64,000 nucleotides of DNA from Alphaproteobacteria bacterium (lineage in GTDB: Bacteria > Pseudomonadota > Alphaproteobacteria > Rs-D84), in assembly GCA_017528045.1 (NCBI GenBank), contig JAFXPG010000014.1, forward strand, positions 68,414 to 132,413, read 5' to 3'. The notes beneath the pieces are model-generated. The model searched no databases. It was not told the origin of the DNA and worked only from the letters and a program-made list of their open reading frames with translations. Below are positions 39,011 to 49,252 of this stretch, in pieces. The translations under genes and the position numbers were made by a program. Each line of letters starts with the position of its first letter. The first letter of the stretch is position 1.

Positions 39011-40252
39011 ATGAAATTACCTGAACTTTTGGCACCAGCGGGAACTTTAGATGCTTTTAAAACGGCGATTTTATACGGGGCAGATGCGATTTATGCTGGT
39101 TTGCCAGGTTTTTCTATGCGTGCACGTGCTAAAATCACAGTAGATGAAGTAAAGCAGGGTATAGATTTCGCGCATGAACATGGAAAAAAAGTTTATTTAG
39201 CGTTTAATTTATTTGCTCATGACCGTGATTATGCAAATATGTCACGTGTTAGTGAAGTTTTAAATTACCTTAAACCTGATGCTTTAATTATTTCTGATGC
39301 AGGCGTTTTAATGTGGGTTAAAGAACATCATCCAGATATTCCAATACATATTTCTACCCAAGCAAATATTTGCAGCGCATCTACTGTAAAGTTTTGGCAA
39401 AATGCGGGTGCTGTACAATGTGTTTTGGCGCGAGAAGTATCTCATCCTGAATTTATTTCTATACGTGAACAATGTCCTGATATAGGGTTAGAAATATTTA
39501 TACATGGTGCAATGTGTATGTCTTATTCTGGACGTTGCTTGTTGTCAAATTATATTACTGGTCGTCCATCAAATCGCGGTGCATGTGCACAATTATGTCG
39601 TTGGAAATATGATGTGATTTTACGTGAAAAAGAAAGTGGTATAGAAATGCCTTTGGAAGAAGATGAACGTGGTGCATATATTATGAACAGCAAAGATTTA
39701 TGTTTAATGCCACGTTTAAAAGAAGTAATAGAATCAAAACCTGATACGTTAAAAATAGAAGGTCGTAACCGCAGTGAATATTATGTTGGTTCTGTGACGC
39801 GTGCGTACAGAAATGCTTTGGATGCTTATGCGAAAGATCCTGAACATTTTGATCCAACACCATTTATGAATGATTTAAATTTATTGGAAACGCGTGGTTA
39901 TACCCAGGCTTTCTTTGACGGTCCGTTACCAAGTGATGCACATGATTATGAACAAACACATTCAAATTCGGATTATTGTGTAGCGGGTGTAATAACAAAT
40001 GTTGATAATAAAAATATAACATTTGAATTGCGTAATGAAATAAAGCAGGGCGATACAATTAATTTCTTGTTACCTTATACCCAAGATAAAGTTTCTGTTG
40101 TTTTAGATAAGATTATAAATGCAAAAGATGGAACAGAATTATCAAAAATGTCTGCTGGTCAAAATAATTCACTGTTAATATCAATAGATAAAATTCCAGA
40201 AGAATATCGTGATAAAATGGTTCCGTTAATTTTGGCTTATAAGCATAAATAA
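39011..40252 (+). CDS. peptidase U32 family protein (YegQ/TrhP-like)
   Basis: LELLAPAG-type start (LPELLAPAGTLDAFKTAILYGADAIY) and a Cys cluster (CMSYSGRCLLSNY...CAQLCRW). Confidence 0.85.
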   Translation: MKLPELLAPAGTLDAFKTAILYGADAIYAGLPGFSMRARAKITVDEVKQGIDFAHEHGKKVYLAFNLFAHDRDYANMSRVSEVLNYLKPDALIISDAGVLMWVKEHHPDIPIHISTQANICSASTVKFWQNAGAVQCVLAREVSHPEFISIREQCPDIGLEIFIHGAMCMSYSGRCLLSNYITGRPSNRGACAQLCRWKYDVILREKESGIEMPLEEDERGAYIMNSKDLCLMPRLKEVIESKPDTLKIEGRNRSEYYVGSVTRAYRNALDAYAKDPEHFDPTPFMNDLNLLETRGYTQAFFDGPLPSDAHDYEQTHSNSDYCVAGVITNVDNKNITFELRNEIKQGDTINFLLPYTQDKVSVVLDKIINAKDGTELSKMSAGQNNSLLISIDKIPEEYRDKMVPLILAYKHK

Positions 40253-40278
40253 AAAAAACGCCGCAAGGCGTTTTTTTA
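40251..40278. terminator. bidirectional rho-independent terminator
   Basis: A8, ACGCC-GCAA-GGCGT hairpin, T7. Confidence 0.8.
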
Positions 40279-42039
40279 TTCATCTTTCTTTAATTCAGGA
40301 ATATCTACATAAGAATTATATGTTGCCAAGAATCTGCCACCAGTAGTGCAGGCAAAATTTGATAAAGAATCATCATAAGCACGTACAGCGGCCGTCCAAC
40401 GTTCTGTTATTTCAGATTTAGCACCTTGGTATCCGGCTAATCCACCAAGTGCACCACCAGCGGCGGTTCCAACCAAAGTTCCCTTTGCACGTGCTTCATT
40501 TGATATATCAATCAAACTGCCGTCACTGGCATTACGTAAAGATGGTGTAAACACTAGTCCTTTGCCTTCATCTGCTTTTATTCGTTCGCCAGATGTTCCG
40601 TCACTTACATTTCTTTCGTAATATGTTGGATGATATTTATTTTCCAGTGTTTCCCAATCTTCAGAATTATAACCAAGAGCTTTTATTGGTAAATGGTCAA
40701 ATACAGCATACGCACGTATCTTTTTTTCGGCATATGATGCACTGACTACTTCATAGAATTCACCATTAGTGCTATTGGTTGAATTATCAAGCTCTATATA
40801 TTTTTTATCTTTTTGCTCGTCTTCATCTGATGATAATGTGTATTTTTTTAAATGGTTATTTCTTATTGAATCTGTTAATGATTTTAAATAATAAGTGGAG
40901 GAACCATTATTAGAAGCAACAGAAATGTTTACCAAATCATTTTTTACCTGATTGCAACATTCATGGCTGCTATTGCAAATCAAAAGTGTTGTTCCATCTT
41001 TTTTTATTAAAACTGTAGAGTCTGCTGATGCATTTCCTTCTGTGCATTTTTGTGATTGTGTAGATTTAAATAATTTTTGTTTCTCTTTCCAATCTGCAAA
41101 AGAAGAAGAGGATGTTACAGAAACATTTCCAACGATACAATCTCTTTCACCCATATCTTTTATTTCGCATTTTGTTGTTTCCAATACGCCATCGGTTTCA
41201 TTTGCACCGGCCAACATATTTCCAACAACCATACCTGTAGCTGCATTTACAGCAGTAGATTTAATCGTATCACCCGCAACTTTTCCGGAATATGTGCTGG
41301 CTGCCATTATGCCAGCCCCAGCTACTGCTCCGATTGCTGTGTCTTGTAATTGGGTTGAACTGGTTCCTAACAACTTGGTATCGCCTGCTGGTTTTGGTGC
41401 TAAAAAATTACCGGCAACACCAGAAAGTATTGCAGCTGCAGCAATTTTAAAACCAGCATTTTGCTTTTGTTCTTGATTCAAAACAGCTTCAACTTCTTCA
41501 ATAGTTGGTGCTGCATCAGCAGGAACTTCTTTTTTCCCATATTTCAAATCATATGAATAACTGGATTCAGGAAAAGCATCAACATTACATTTCATTGTAT
41601 CGCCAGCAGCGATAGTTGTTGTTGCCAAGATTTCTTTGGTGTTTGCATCACGTAATTCGACAACAGCCACACATTGTGCTACTGGTGTTCTGCGTACACC
41701 AGATTCAGGAATTCCCCATCTGAAAACACCATTTGGATAAATCATAGCACATTTTTCCAAATCGGATCTGGTTACTTGTGATGATGTATTATTTAAAATT
41801 TCTGCGGCTAATTTTTTATCATCAACAGCAACAGGTAAATTTCCTGTATCACTGGAAGTTGTGACACCCGCAGTTGCAGCATCCGCATATTCTTGTTGAT
41901 ATCTGATAGCGGCAACTTGATTATAAGCATCAGCATAACTTCTGCTATTACTTTTTACGTTTATACGGGCAGATGCAGTTGTGTTTAAAGAACACACTGA
42001 TAATAAAGAAATTAAAGATATTTTATATATTTTATTCAT
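40276..42039 (-). CDS. secreted protein with glycine-zipper segments
   Basis: Signal peptide after MNKIYK (start 42039). Segments AIGAVAGAGIMAAS and GTAAGGALGGLAGY. Lies 32 nt downstream of an OMP gene. Confidence 0.55.
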   Translation of the reverse strand: MNKIYKISLISLLSVCSLNTTASARINVKSNSRSYADAYNQVAAIRYQQEYADAATAGVTTSSDTGNLPVAVDDKKLAAEILNNTSSQVTRSDLEKCAMIYPNGVFRWGIPESGVRRTPVAQCVAVVELRDANTKEILATTTIAAGDTMKCNVDAFPESSYSYDLKYGKKEVPADAAPTIEEVEAVLNQEQKQNAGFKIAAAAILSGVAGNFLAPKPAGDTKLLGTSSTQLQDTAIGAVAGAGIMAASTYSGKVAGDTIKSTAVNAATGMVVGNMLAGANETDGVLETTKCEIKDMGERDCIVGNVSVTSSSSFADWKEKQKLFKSTQSQKCTEGNASADSTVLIKKDGTTLLICNSSHECCNQVKNDLVNISVASNNGSSTYYLKSLTDSIRNNHLKKYTLSSDEDEQKDKKYIELDNSTNSTNGEFYEVVSASYAEKKIRAYAVFDHLPIKALGYNSEDWETLENKYHPTYYERNVSDGTSGERIKADEGKGLVFTPSLRNASDGSLIDISNEARAKGTLVGTAAGGALGGLAGYQGAKSEITERWTAAVRAYDDSLSNFACTTGGRFLATYNSYVDIPELKKDE

Positions 42040-42071
42040 CTTTTTGCCCGCCAATATTCGTAACAAAAATA

Positions 42072-43250
42072 TTAGAATTCTAATCTTAATCTTACGCCAA
42101 CGTCAACAGTACTTAATGTACCACTTTCATACCAATTAGTATAATGGAACACACTGTCATAAGGTGCTTCGTATTCATCACCGGCACCGTCACTTAACCA
42201 TTCTGTTTGAGATACAATAATGGAACCAGATGTTTTTACTTTACCCAAATTAGCATATCTTATAAAGAAATCTAGTTTTAAACCATCGTTCATATCTGTT
42301 GTGACACCGCCTTCTAGTGCGAAAGCAAATTGTTCCATTGTGCCACCATTATGATATGCGTAAACATCAGAAATACCTGTTAATCCACCGGCTGCAATTC
42401 CGCCAGGTCCTAAACCACCGGTTTCATCATAAAAAGTATTATCAAATACAACGTAATCTGCGATTGTGTTTAAAGATAAACCAACACCCGCACCAACATA
42501 TGGACGTAAAGCACCACCCATCATATATCCGGTAAATGAATCAATGTTATAATATACATTTAACATTGTAGAATTAGATGTTATTGCACCACCACTGACC
42601 GATGCGTTTGCGTATTCTTCGCCCGTGAATGTTTGAACATCAGATGCATAAGACATTCCAGAATAACGTAAATATGAAAAATCGATACGAATATCAGAAT
42701 TTATAGCCGCACCGACAGAAACTTGTAAAGGTATAATATTGTCAGATTTAAAATCTGATGCACGGAAAGAACCCGGGGCAAAGAAAGCCTTGTCTTCACC
42801 TGCGTAATCTGCAGACATGGAACCATTCAACATAGTTGTATATCCAGCGGACAAACCAACATATAAACCACTTTCAGCCAATCTGTTGTAATCAGAAGAT
42901 TGATAATATTGACGACCGGCATTTGTTGCAGAAGAACCAACCCTTGGCAAAGAACCCGTTACGCGATTTGGATTCGCAGCAGCAGTATAAGTAGCCATTG
43001 GACGACCATTAACCGCAGAAGCAGCAGCCATTTGTTGTGGTGTTATATTTGTGCGCCCAGCCATTTGTTGTGGGTTATATACATATCCAGTTGTTGGACG
43101 AACGATTTGCTGTTGTTGAGGGTATGTATTTATAACATATCCTTGACGTGCAAGTTGTTGTGGATTATATACAGGATACGCGGCACTCCCTGCACATGGC
43201 AGTGCAGATATAATACCGGCAAACACCGCAAGAAACTTGGTCTTTTTCAT
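42072..43250 (-). CDS. outer-membrane beta-barrel protein (Omp25/opacity-like) with an N-terminal YNPQQ repeat region
   Basis: Signal peptide, repeats YNPQQLA / YNPQQMA / TPQQMA, beta-strand pattern, C-terminal RLRLEF. Confidence 0.7.
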   Translation of the reverse strand: MKKTKFLAVFAGIISALPCAGSAAYPVYNPQQLARQGYVINTYPQQQQIVRPTTGYVYNPQQMAGRTNITPQQMAAASAVNGRPMATYTAAANPNRVTGSLPRVGSSATNAGRQYYQSSDYNRLAESGLYVGLSAGYTTMLNGSMSADYAGEDKAFFAPGSFRASDFKSDNIIPLQVSVGAAINSDIRIDFSYLRYSGMSYASDVQTFTGEEYANASVSGGAITSNSTMLNVYYNIDSFTGYMMGGALRPYVGAGVGLSLNTIADYVVFDNTFYDETGGLGPGGIAAGGLTGISDVYAYHNGGTMEQFAFALEGGVTTDMNDGLKLDFFIRYANLGKVKTSGSIIVSQTEWLSDGAGDEYEAPYDSVFHYTNWYESGTLSTVDVGVRLRLEF

Positions 43251-43275
43251 TCCTTCCTACATTTCCTTTGTGAAT

Positions 43276-43309
43276 ATTATATCATAAAAAAGGACTTAAA
43301 AAAAGCGTT
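43276..43309 (-). promoter_or_regulatory. conserved 34-nt promoter block (extended -10 TGATATAAT), copy 2
   Basis: Identical to 30770-30803. Lies 26 nt upstream of the OMP start codon. Confidence 0.55.
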
Positions 43310-43333
43310 AAAATAAATTTTATTAATAAAATT

Positions 43334-43363
43334 AAAAATGCACCCCGTGTGGGGTGCATTTTG
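43334..43363 (-). terminator. rho-independent terminator of the upstream OMP gene
   Basis: ATGCACCCC-GTGT-GGGGTGCAT hairpin with a T-run on the minus strand. Confidence 0.75.
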
Positions 43364-43391
43364 TCCAATATAAGTTAATTTTTTACTGAAT

Positions 43392-44543
43392 TTAGAATCT
43401 GGCGTTAAATCTGAACCCAGCTTCTGCTTTGATGTCTGTCCCATTTTGAGAACCAGAATGAGAATCATCCAAAGTATATTCAGCAAAGAAAGCCAATTGA
43501 ATTGAATCAGTAATTTGATTAGCAACACTTGCTTTAATTACATATTCATCCCAACCATCTTTCATGTTTTTGGTTGTATCTAATAAACCTTGTTTAACCG
43601 CATCTTGCAAAGATTGTGCGGTTGCTGCACCTTTCACAGGTCCAATAATAGCACTAAGAGCAGCAGCGGCATCTGCAGGATTATTTAACTTGGTATGAAT
43701 ACTTTTTACACCGTTATCTGTATGTTCAATATATTCAAATCCGGCACCAAAAGACCATTGTGAATCCATTTGATACATTAAATCAAATCCAGCCACGGTT
43801 TCATGTGTAGATTTTAAATTAACAGCAATTTCATTTGGAAAACCAAGTTGCGGCATTGTAAAATCTTCTACATCTAAATCAGAATATGCTTTTAATAATG
43901 TGGCTAATTTAGCCAATTCTGGATTTGTACTGGATTTACCTTTTAATGGTTGAATTGTTTGTTCAATCGCAATTTCATTATTATGGTTTCCAAATGTTTG
44001 TAAATATTCAACGTGTGCGGCTGCTGTGAATTTGTTCCATGTTTTTCCAAAACGTGTTCCAGCAATTATACCGTAACGACCATTTGAATAATTATCAAAT
44101 TTGAAACCTTTTGATGTATATGTACCTTTCATTGGTGAAACACCAGATAAATATGCATCAGCATACAAATCTAAAACCAAAGGTTGTTCTTCTGTTAAAA
44201 CACGATATGTTAAACCAATACGTCCGCGGTGCATACCTTGGCGGCTGATGTCTTCATCGTGTGTATAACCAAAACGGCCGTGGATATCCAATCTGTCTGT
44301 GATTCCATAACCGATATCACCGGCAAAACGCCAAATTGGAAATTCTATATCGCCGTCCATTTCTCTTTTTCTTGTAGCTTCTGTGCTGTCGGCTTTTTTA
44401 TACATAACAGCAGCACCTGTTTTTAAATACACTTCACGATTTTTTGGCATGTAAAGTGGGTTTTCCATGTTTGACGATGCGAAAGCACCCGTTGATACAA
44501 CTGATGCGGTAACTGCAACCAAACATTTCAAGGATTTTTTCAT
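43392..44543 (-). CDS. outer-membrane beta-barrel protein
   Basis: Signal peptide (TGAFASS), beta-strand periodicity, C-terminal FRFNARF. Confidence 0.6.
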   Translation of the reverse strand: MKKSLKCLVAVTASVVSTGAFASSNMENPLYMPKNREVYLKTGAAVMYKKADSTEATRKREMDGDIEFPIWRFAGDIGYGITDRLDIHGRFGYTHDEDISRQGMHRGRIGLTYRVLTEEQPLVLDLYADAYLSGVSPMKGTYTSKGFKFDNYSNGRYGIIAGTRFGKTWNKFTAAAHVEYLQTFGNHNNEIAIEQTIQPLKGKSSTNPELAKLATLLKAYSDLDVEDFTMPQLGFPNEIAVNLKSTHETVAGFDLMYQMDSQWSFGAGFEYIEHTDNGVKSIHTKLNNPADAAAALSAIIGPVKGAATAQSLQDAVKQGLLDTTKNMKDGWDEYVIKASVANQITDSIQLAFFAEYTLDDSHSGSQNGTDIKAEAGFRFNARF

Positions 44544-44783
44544 CCATTTCTCCTTTGTTCTTTCTTTTTAAACCAACCCCCATTATTGGCAAGATTGGTC
44601 GTTATACCCATACCACCCATTATTGGCAACAGTATGTTTCGCGATATAACGTTCATATTGTTAAACATTATTATCTGCATGTCAAAAAATAAATTGTCTT
44701 GACATAATACTTGAAATATGTCAATCGCATCCTATATATATTTTGGATGGGGGTGCAAAGGCAAAAAAACAAGAGGTTGCGCC

Positions 44784-45344
44784 ATGATAAATGAATTATA
44801 TACAGAACAACAAAGACTAAAAATTTTACAAAAGCAAATTTTAATGTATGGTGGCAGTGTAAAAAAACAACCATTAAATGTTGAAGAAATCAAAAAGTTA
44901 GAAAAAGATTACAGGACAATGTTTATTGGTTTTACATCTATAAATTGGTCTAAGCCAGGAACTAAATTGGGAACAGCATGGCAAAAGGCCTTAAGTCAAA
45001 TGGAATCTTATATAAAAACTAAATCAAAAATTATAAATCATCCTGTTTATGAACAATTGATGAAATATCATGCCATGTTTTCTAAAAAACAATCTGAACA
45101 TATTATGAAATGTCAAGGCAGAGAATCTGAAACAGTCTTAACAAAAGATTTACAGAAAGTTTTTCTTGATGATGGTACAAAAATGGCAAGTAATGGTAAA
45201 AAGGCTTTGGATAGTTTTTATCAACAGTATATGCCAAAACAATCTATTCAAGAATTACCAGTTGGTAAAAAGTTTGAAATTATAAAACAAAATATTCAAC
45301 AATCTATGATATTTGATTTATTCACAAAAAATCGTGCAGCTTAA
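44784..45344 (+). CDS. hypothetical protein
   Basis: Start at MINELY (ATG 44784) with an AAGAGG RBS. No family recognised. Confidence 0.45.
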   Translation: MINELYTEQQRLKILQKQILMYGGSVKKQPLNVEEIKKLEKDYRTMFIGFTSINWSKPGTKLGTAWQKALSQMESYIKTKSKIINHPVYEQLMKYHAMFSKKQSEHIMKCQGRESETVLTKDLQKVFLDDGTKMASNGKKALDSFYQQYMPKQSIQELPVGKKFEIIKQNIQQSMIFDLFTKNRAA

Positions 45345-45375
45345 TAAAAAAACCGCCAATATGGCGGTTTTTTTA
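45345..45375. terminator. bidirectional rho-independent terminator
   Basis: CCGCCA-ATA-TGGCGG hairpin flanked by A- and T-runs. Confidence 0.8.
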
Positions 45376-46734
45376 TTGCTTTATTGTTTCAAGAACAAAT
45401 TTAACAACGTCTTGTGTTTTTATTCTTTCTTGTTCCATTGAATCACGATGGCGTATTGTTACCGTGCCATCTTCCAATGTTTGATGGTCAACAGTTATAC
45501 ACAATGGTGTTCCAATTTCATCATGTCTGCGATAGTTTTTACCGATGTTACCAGAATTTTCTAATTCAATTTTACCGATACCAAGTTTACGCAAATCATC
45601 AACAATTTTATTTGATAAATCTACGATTTCTGGAACATTGCGAACCAATGGAATTACCGCTGCTTTCACAGGTGCCAACCATGGTTTTAATTTTAATACT
45701 GTACGTGATTTTCCATCACCTAAATCTTCTTCATCGTATGCTTCTATCATCACAGCCAACATAGCACGGTTTACACCCATTGCTGTTTCAATTACATAAG
45801 GTATAAAGTTTTCGCCAGTTTGTGCATCACTGTAAGATAATTTGGTTGTGGAATCTGTATTTTCCATAACATTTGCAGCCAATTTGAATTCTTTTTGAGA
45901 TTTTGTATGAGAACCCAAATCAAAATCTTGACGATTATGAACACCTTCTACTTCGTCAAACCCATCAGGAAAAGCATATTCAATATCTACTGCTGCTTTT
46001 GCATAGTGAGCCAATTTTACATGTGGCAAGAAACGTAATTTTTCAGCAGGAATTCCCAATACATTAATCCACCAAGATAAACGTGTTGATTTCCAATATT
46101 CAAAATATTTTTCATCTTCACTTGGGTTAACAAAATATTGCATTTCTGCTTGTTCAAATTCACGCATACGAAAAACGAAACCACGAGGTGAAATTTCATT
46201 ACGGAAAGCTTTTCCGATTTGTGCGATTCCAAAAGGTAATTTATGAGGTTTGGAATCTAACACGTTTTTGAAATTTACATATGTTGTGGTTGCTGTTTCT
46301 GGACGTAAATATGCGTTTATTGCGCCATCAGCCATTGCACCAATGGATAATCCCATCATTAATTGATATGCACGTGGTTCTGTGATTTCAGTGCTGCCAC
46401 AGTTATCACATTTTGTTGGGTCTTTCATTTTATCTTGGCGCATACGTGCACCACATTTTTTACATTCAACCAATGGGTCAGAAAAGCTGCTTTCGTGACC
46501 AGAATATTTCCACATTAAACGGTTAGATATTAATGCTGCATCTAAACCTTCGATGTCATTTCTGGAATAAATCATAGAATTCCACCAAGCATTACGAATA
46601 TTACGCATTAATTCTACACCATAAGGACCGTAATCATAAGCACCGCCCAGACCACCATAAATTTCAGAACCTGTGAAAATAAAACCACGTCTTTTACATA
46701 AAGCAACTATATCATTAACTGATTTTGCTGGCAT
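45373..46734 (-). CDS. glyQS: glycyl-tRNA synthetase, single-chain alpha2 type
   Basis: IVALCKRRGFIFTGSEIYGGLGGAYDYGPYGVEL is a typical GlyQS N-terminus. Class II motifs present. Confidence 0.93.
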   Translation of the reverse strand: MPAKSVNDIVALCKRRGFIFTGSEIYGGLGGAYDYGPYGVELMRNIRNAWWNSMIYSRNDIEGLDAALISNRLMWKYSGHESSFSDPLVECKKCGARMRQDKMKDPTKCDNCGSTEITEPRAYQLMMGLSIGAMADGAINAYLRPETATTTYVNFKNVLDSKPHKLPFGIAQIGKAFRNEISPRGFVFRMREFEQAEMQYFVNPSEDEKYFEYWKSTRLSWWINVLGIPAEKLRFLPHVKLAHYAKAAVDIEYAFPDGFDEVEGVHNRQDFDLGSHTKSQKEFKLAANVMENTDSTTKLSYSDAQTGENFIPYVIETAMGVNRAMLAVMIEAYDEEDLGDGKSRTVLKLKPWLAPVKAAVIPLVRNVPEIVDLSNKIVDDLRKLGIGKIELENSGNIGKNYRRHDEIGTPLCITVDHQTLEDGTVTIRHRDSMEQERIKTQDVVKFVLETIKQ

Positions 46735-46794
46735 TTTTTTACCCCTATATCTTATACTGCCGAATATTCTATATCTTTTTTATCAGTTTGCAAC

Positions 46795-46974
46795 TTATAA
46801 ATCTGGTTCTATTGCTGATACAGGACATACAGATGCACAAGTTCCACAGCCCATGCATTTTGTTTTATCAATTTTGCATTTACCAGCTTCGCCATCAACA
46901 ATAGCCATCGCAGGACATACACCCATGCATGTGTGACAACCAATACATTTTTTTGGATCTATTTTATAAGCCAT
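46795..46974 (-). CDS. fdx: 2x[4Fe-4S] ferredoxin (59 aa)
   Basis: Hand-translated MAYKIDPKKCIGCHTCMGVCPAMAIVDGEAGKCKIDKTKCMGCGTCASVCPVSAIEPDL. Two CxxCxxCxxxCP motifs. Below the track cut-off. Confidence 0.85.
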   Translation of the reverse strand: MAYKIDPKKCIGCHTCMGVCPAMAIVDGEAGKCKIDKTKCMGCGTCASVCPVSAIEPDL

Positions 46975-46992
46975 TTTTATTTCCTTTCTTTT

Positions 46993-47691
46993 TTAATTTC
47001 TGTTATTTAATAATCTTAATATATATTCAAACAAAGCAATGAATGAAATATACATATGTAAAGCACCTAATACTGCCAATTGATCTTTTTGTTCGCCATT
47101 ACCCAATGTGTAATATGCGTTCTTCAAAGTTTGCATATCGTATGCTGTGAATAAAGCAAACACTAATATACCAATTAAACAAACGATAGTGTTAAACGTT
47201 GCACCCAATGGTAAAAATAAAGATACTATACCAACCAAGATTAAACCAATCATGCCCAAGAATAAGAACATTCCCAAGAAAGATAAATCTTTTGCTGTTT
47301 TATATCCGAATAAAGCCATGCATGCAAACATTACTGCTGCCAAAACGATAGCCATTAAAACAGAAGCAGGGCTGGATACGAAAATCATAGGTGTTATTAC
47401 AATTCCCATCATTACAGAATATAAAAATAATAACCAGATAGCTGTTGATGGTTTCATTGAAAATGCGCGTGCTTGTGCCCATAAAGACAAAGCTAATCCA
47501 CCAAAAACAATGATATAATAAGTTGCTGACAGACCACCATTATGAATTAAACCTGTCCAGGCACCAGATATTAACATAACAAATGTTGTTAATGCAGTAA
47601 CCCCAACGGCACCGGACATCAAACCAAATACGCGTTTCAAATATAATTCTATACCGCCGATTTTTCTAGATACAGATGTTTTTGTAGCCAT
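46993..47691 (-). CDS. BAX inhibitor-1 / YccA family membrane protein
   Basis: Seven-TM protein with a typical C-terminal region (AYDMQTLKN...ALHMYISFIALF). Confidence 0.85.
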   Translation of the reverse strand: MATKTSVSRKIGGIELYLKRVFGLMSGAVGVTALTTFVMLISGAWTGLIHNGGLSATYYIIVFGGLALSLWAQARAFSMKPSTAIWLLFLYSVMMGIVITPMIFVSSPASVLMAIVLAAVMFACMALFGYKTAKDLSFLGMFLFLGMIGLILVGIVSLFLPLGATFNTIVCLIGILVFALFTAYDMQTLKNAYYTLGNGEQKDQLAVLGALHMYISFIALFEYILRLLNNRN

Positions 47692-47858
47692 TTTTGTTTT
47701 CTCCTTGTTTATATGTGGAAATATAATACACTGCGGTTAACAATTCAAGAATAAAGCAAATAATTTTTTTAATTAAATACTGGACAAATGTTTTTTGTCA
47801 ATTATATTTATGTGCGTTATGAATTTAATAAGTTTTTTGTAAACAAAAAGAATAAAAA

Positions 47859-48299
47859 ATGGGAAGTCATATTTATAGAGGTTCTGATTGTATAAACAAT
47901 GCTTTTGCTTCAGAATCCGATAAAGAAAATTTAGGTTCTTGTGCAGATGCACGTGATGTTATGAGTACTTTTTTTATAAAGCACGCTGTTAATGATTTAA
48001 GACGTGTTTATGGGTTTTCTGGTGCAGAACAAATTAAAGTAAAACAAATAGAATTGTTGAATTCTTATGCAGATATAAAAAACAGAAAACATATTACAGA
48101 AGGTCAAGAAGCTTTGTCACAAAAAGACAAACATCTCTTGAAATGTAGTGTTTGGTTGTTAAGTCAACATATTTTTGATGTTTTGGTCGTAGAAGCTGTT
48201 TTAGAATGTCGCAGAAAAAATGGACGTTTCAGTATGCCTTTGTTAAAAGAACAATTGAAAAAGACAGTTAAAGACTTATGTGATATAGTAATCAGATAG
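47859..48299 (+). CDS. hypothetical protein (146 aa)
   Basis: ORF followed by a terminator. No family recognised. Confidence 0.45.
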   Translation: MGSHIYRGSDCINNAFASESDKENLGSCADARDVMSTFFIKHAVNDLRRVYGFSGAEQIKVKQIELLNSYADIKNRKHITEGQEALSQKDKHLLKCSVWLLSQHIFDVLVVEAVLECRRKNGRFSMPLLKEQLKKTVKDLCDIVIR

Positions 48300-48304
48300 T
48301 TATT

Positions 48305-48335
48305 AAAAGCCACTTTCGGGTGGCTTTAATTTTTG
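48305..48335 (+). terminator. rho-independent terminator
   Basis: AAAGCCAC-TTTCGG-GTGGCTTT hairpin followed by AATTTTT. Confidence 0.75.
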
Positions 48336-48389
48336 GTTGAAAGATGTTTTATTTTAATAAACAATAGCATTAAAATAAAGGTTCATATT

Positions 48390-49223
48390 ATGGCTGTTGT
48401 TATAAATCCAATTAATCCTGTTGCTTTTTCTGTATTTGGGTTGCCTGTGCGCTGGTATGCATTGGCTTATATCGCAGGATTTGTTATTGGGTATTATCTG
48501 GTAAAATATTTAACCAAGAAAGATGATGCACAAATTCATTTAGATAAAAAACAAATGGATGATTTGTTAACTTATGTTGTGATGGGTGTGATTATTGGCG
48601 GCAGATTAGGATATGTTTTATTTTATAATTTACAATTTTTTATTGAATACCCATTGGAAATATTTGCTCTTTGGCATGGTGGAATGAGTTTTCATGGTGG
48701 TTTTATTGGTGTAGTATGTTCAACGTTATTATTTGCAAAAAAATATAAATTTCCGGATAAATCATCATTAAGAAATGCTTTAAGAATTTTAGATGTTATG
48801 GCGGTTGCTGCACCCATAGGTTTGTTTTTTGGTCGTATAGCAAATTTTATAAATATGGAAGTAATGGGACGTGCAACAGATTCACGTTTTGGAATAATTT
48901 TCAATGGTATCCCAGAATATCAGTATCCACGTCATCCAAGTCCTTTATACGAAGCGGGATGTGAAGGAATTCTGTTATTTATCATAATGTGGTTATTATA
49001 TACGAAAACCAAATTTAATCGCACCCCAGGTGCAATAGGTGGCTTGTTATGTGTTTTTTATGCGATATTCAGAATTTTTTGTGAACAATTTCGTCAACCA
49101 GATGTTCAAATTGGATTTTTAACATCTTGGGGATTAACAATGGGACAATTACTGTCTGGTGTAATGTTTATTGTTGGTTTGTCGGTTTTTGTTTATTCGA
49201 TTCGTCAAAATAAAATAAAATAA
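48390..49223 (+). CDS. lgt: prolipoprotein diacylglyceryl transferase
   Basis: VRWYALAYIAGF..., HGGMSFHGGFIG, FGRIANFINMEVMG. Start placed at MAVVINP (48390). Confidence 0.9.
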   Translation: MAVVINPINPVAFSVFGLPVRWYALAYIAGFVIGYYLVKYLTKKDDAQIHLDKKQMDDLLTYVVMGVIIGGRLGYVLFYNLQFFIEYPLEIFALWHGGMSFHGGFIGVVCSTLLFAKKYKFPDKSSLRNALRILDVMAVAAPIGLFFGRIANFINMEVMGRATDSRFGIIFNGIPEYQYPRHPSPLYEAGCEGILLFIIMWLLYTKTKFNRTPGAIGGLLCVFYAIFRIFCEQFRQPDVQIGFLTSWGLTMGQLLSGVMFIVGLSVFVYSIRQNKIK

Positions 49224-49252
49224 AACGCCCAAACGGGCGTTGTATTTTTTTT
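49224..49252. terminator. bidirectional terminator after lgt (copy A of a duplicated hairpin)
   Basis: A-rich run, ACGCCC-AAAC-GGGCGT hairpin, T8. Confidence 0.8.

Noticed and set aside
40952-41476. Plus-strand 174-aa ORF
   Set aside because: It is antisense to the Gly/Ala-rich region of the 596-aa secreted protein. Low-complexity codon mirroring explains the open frame.
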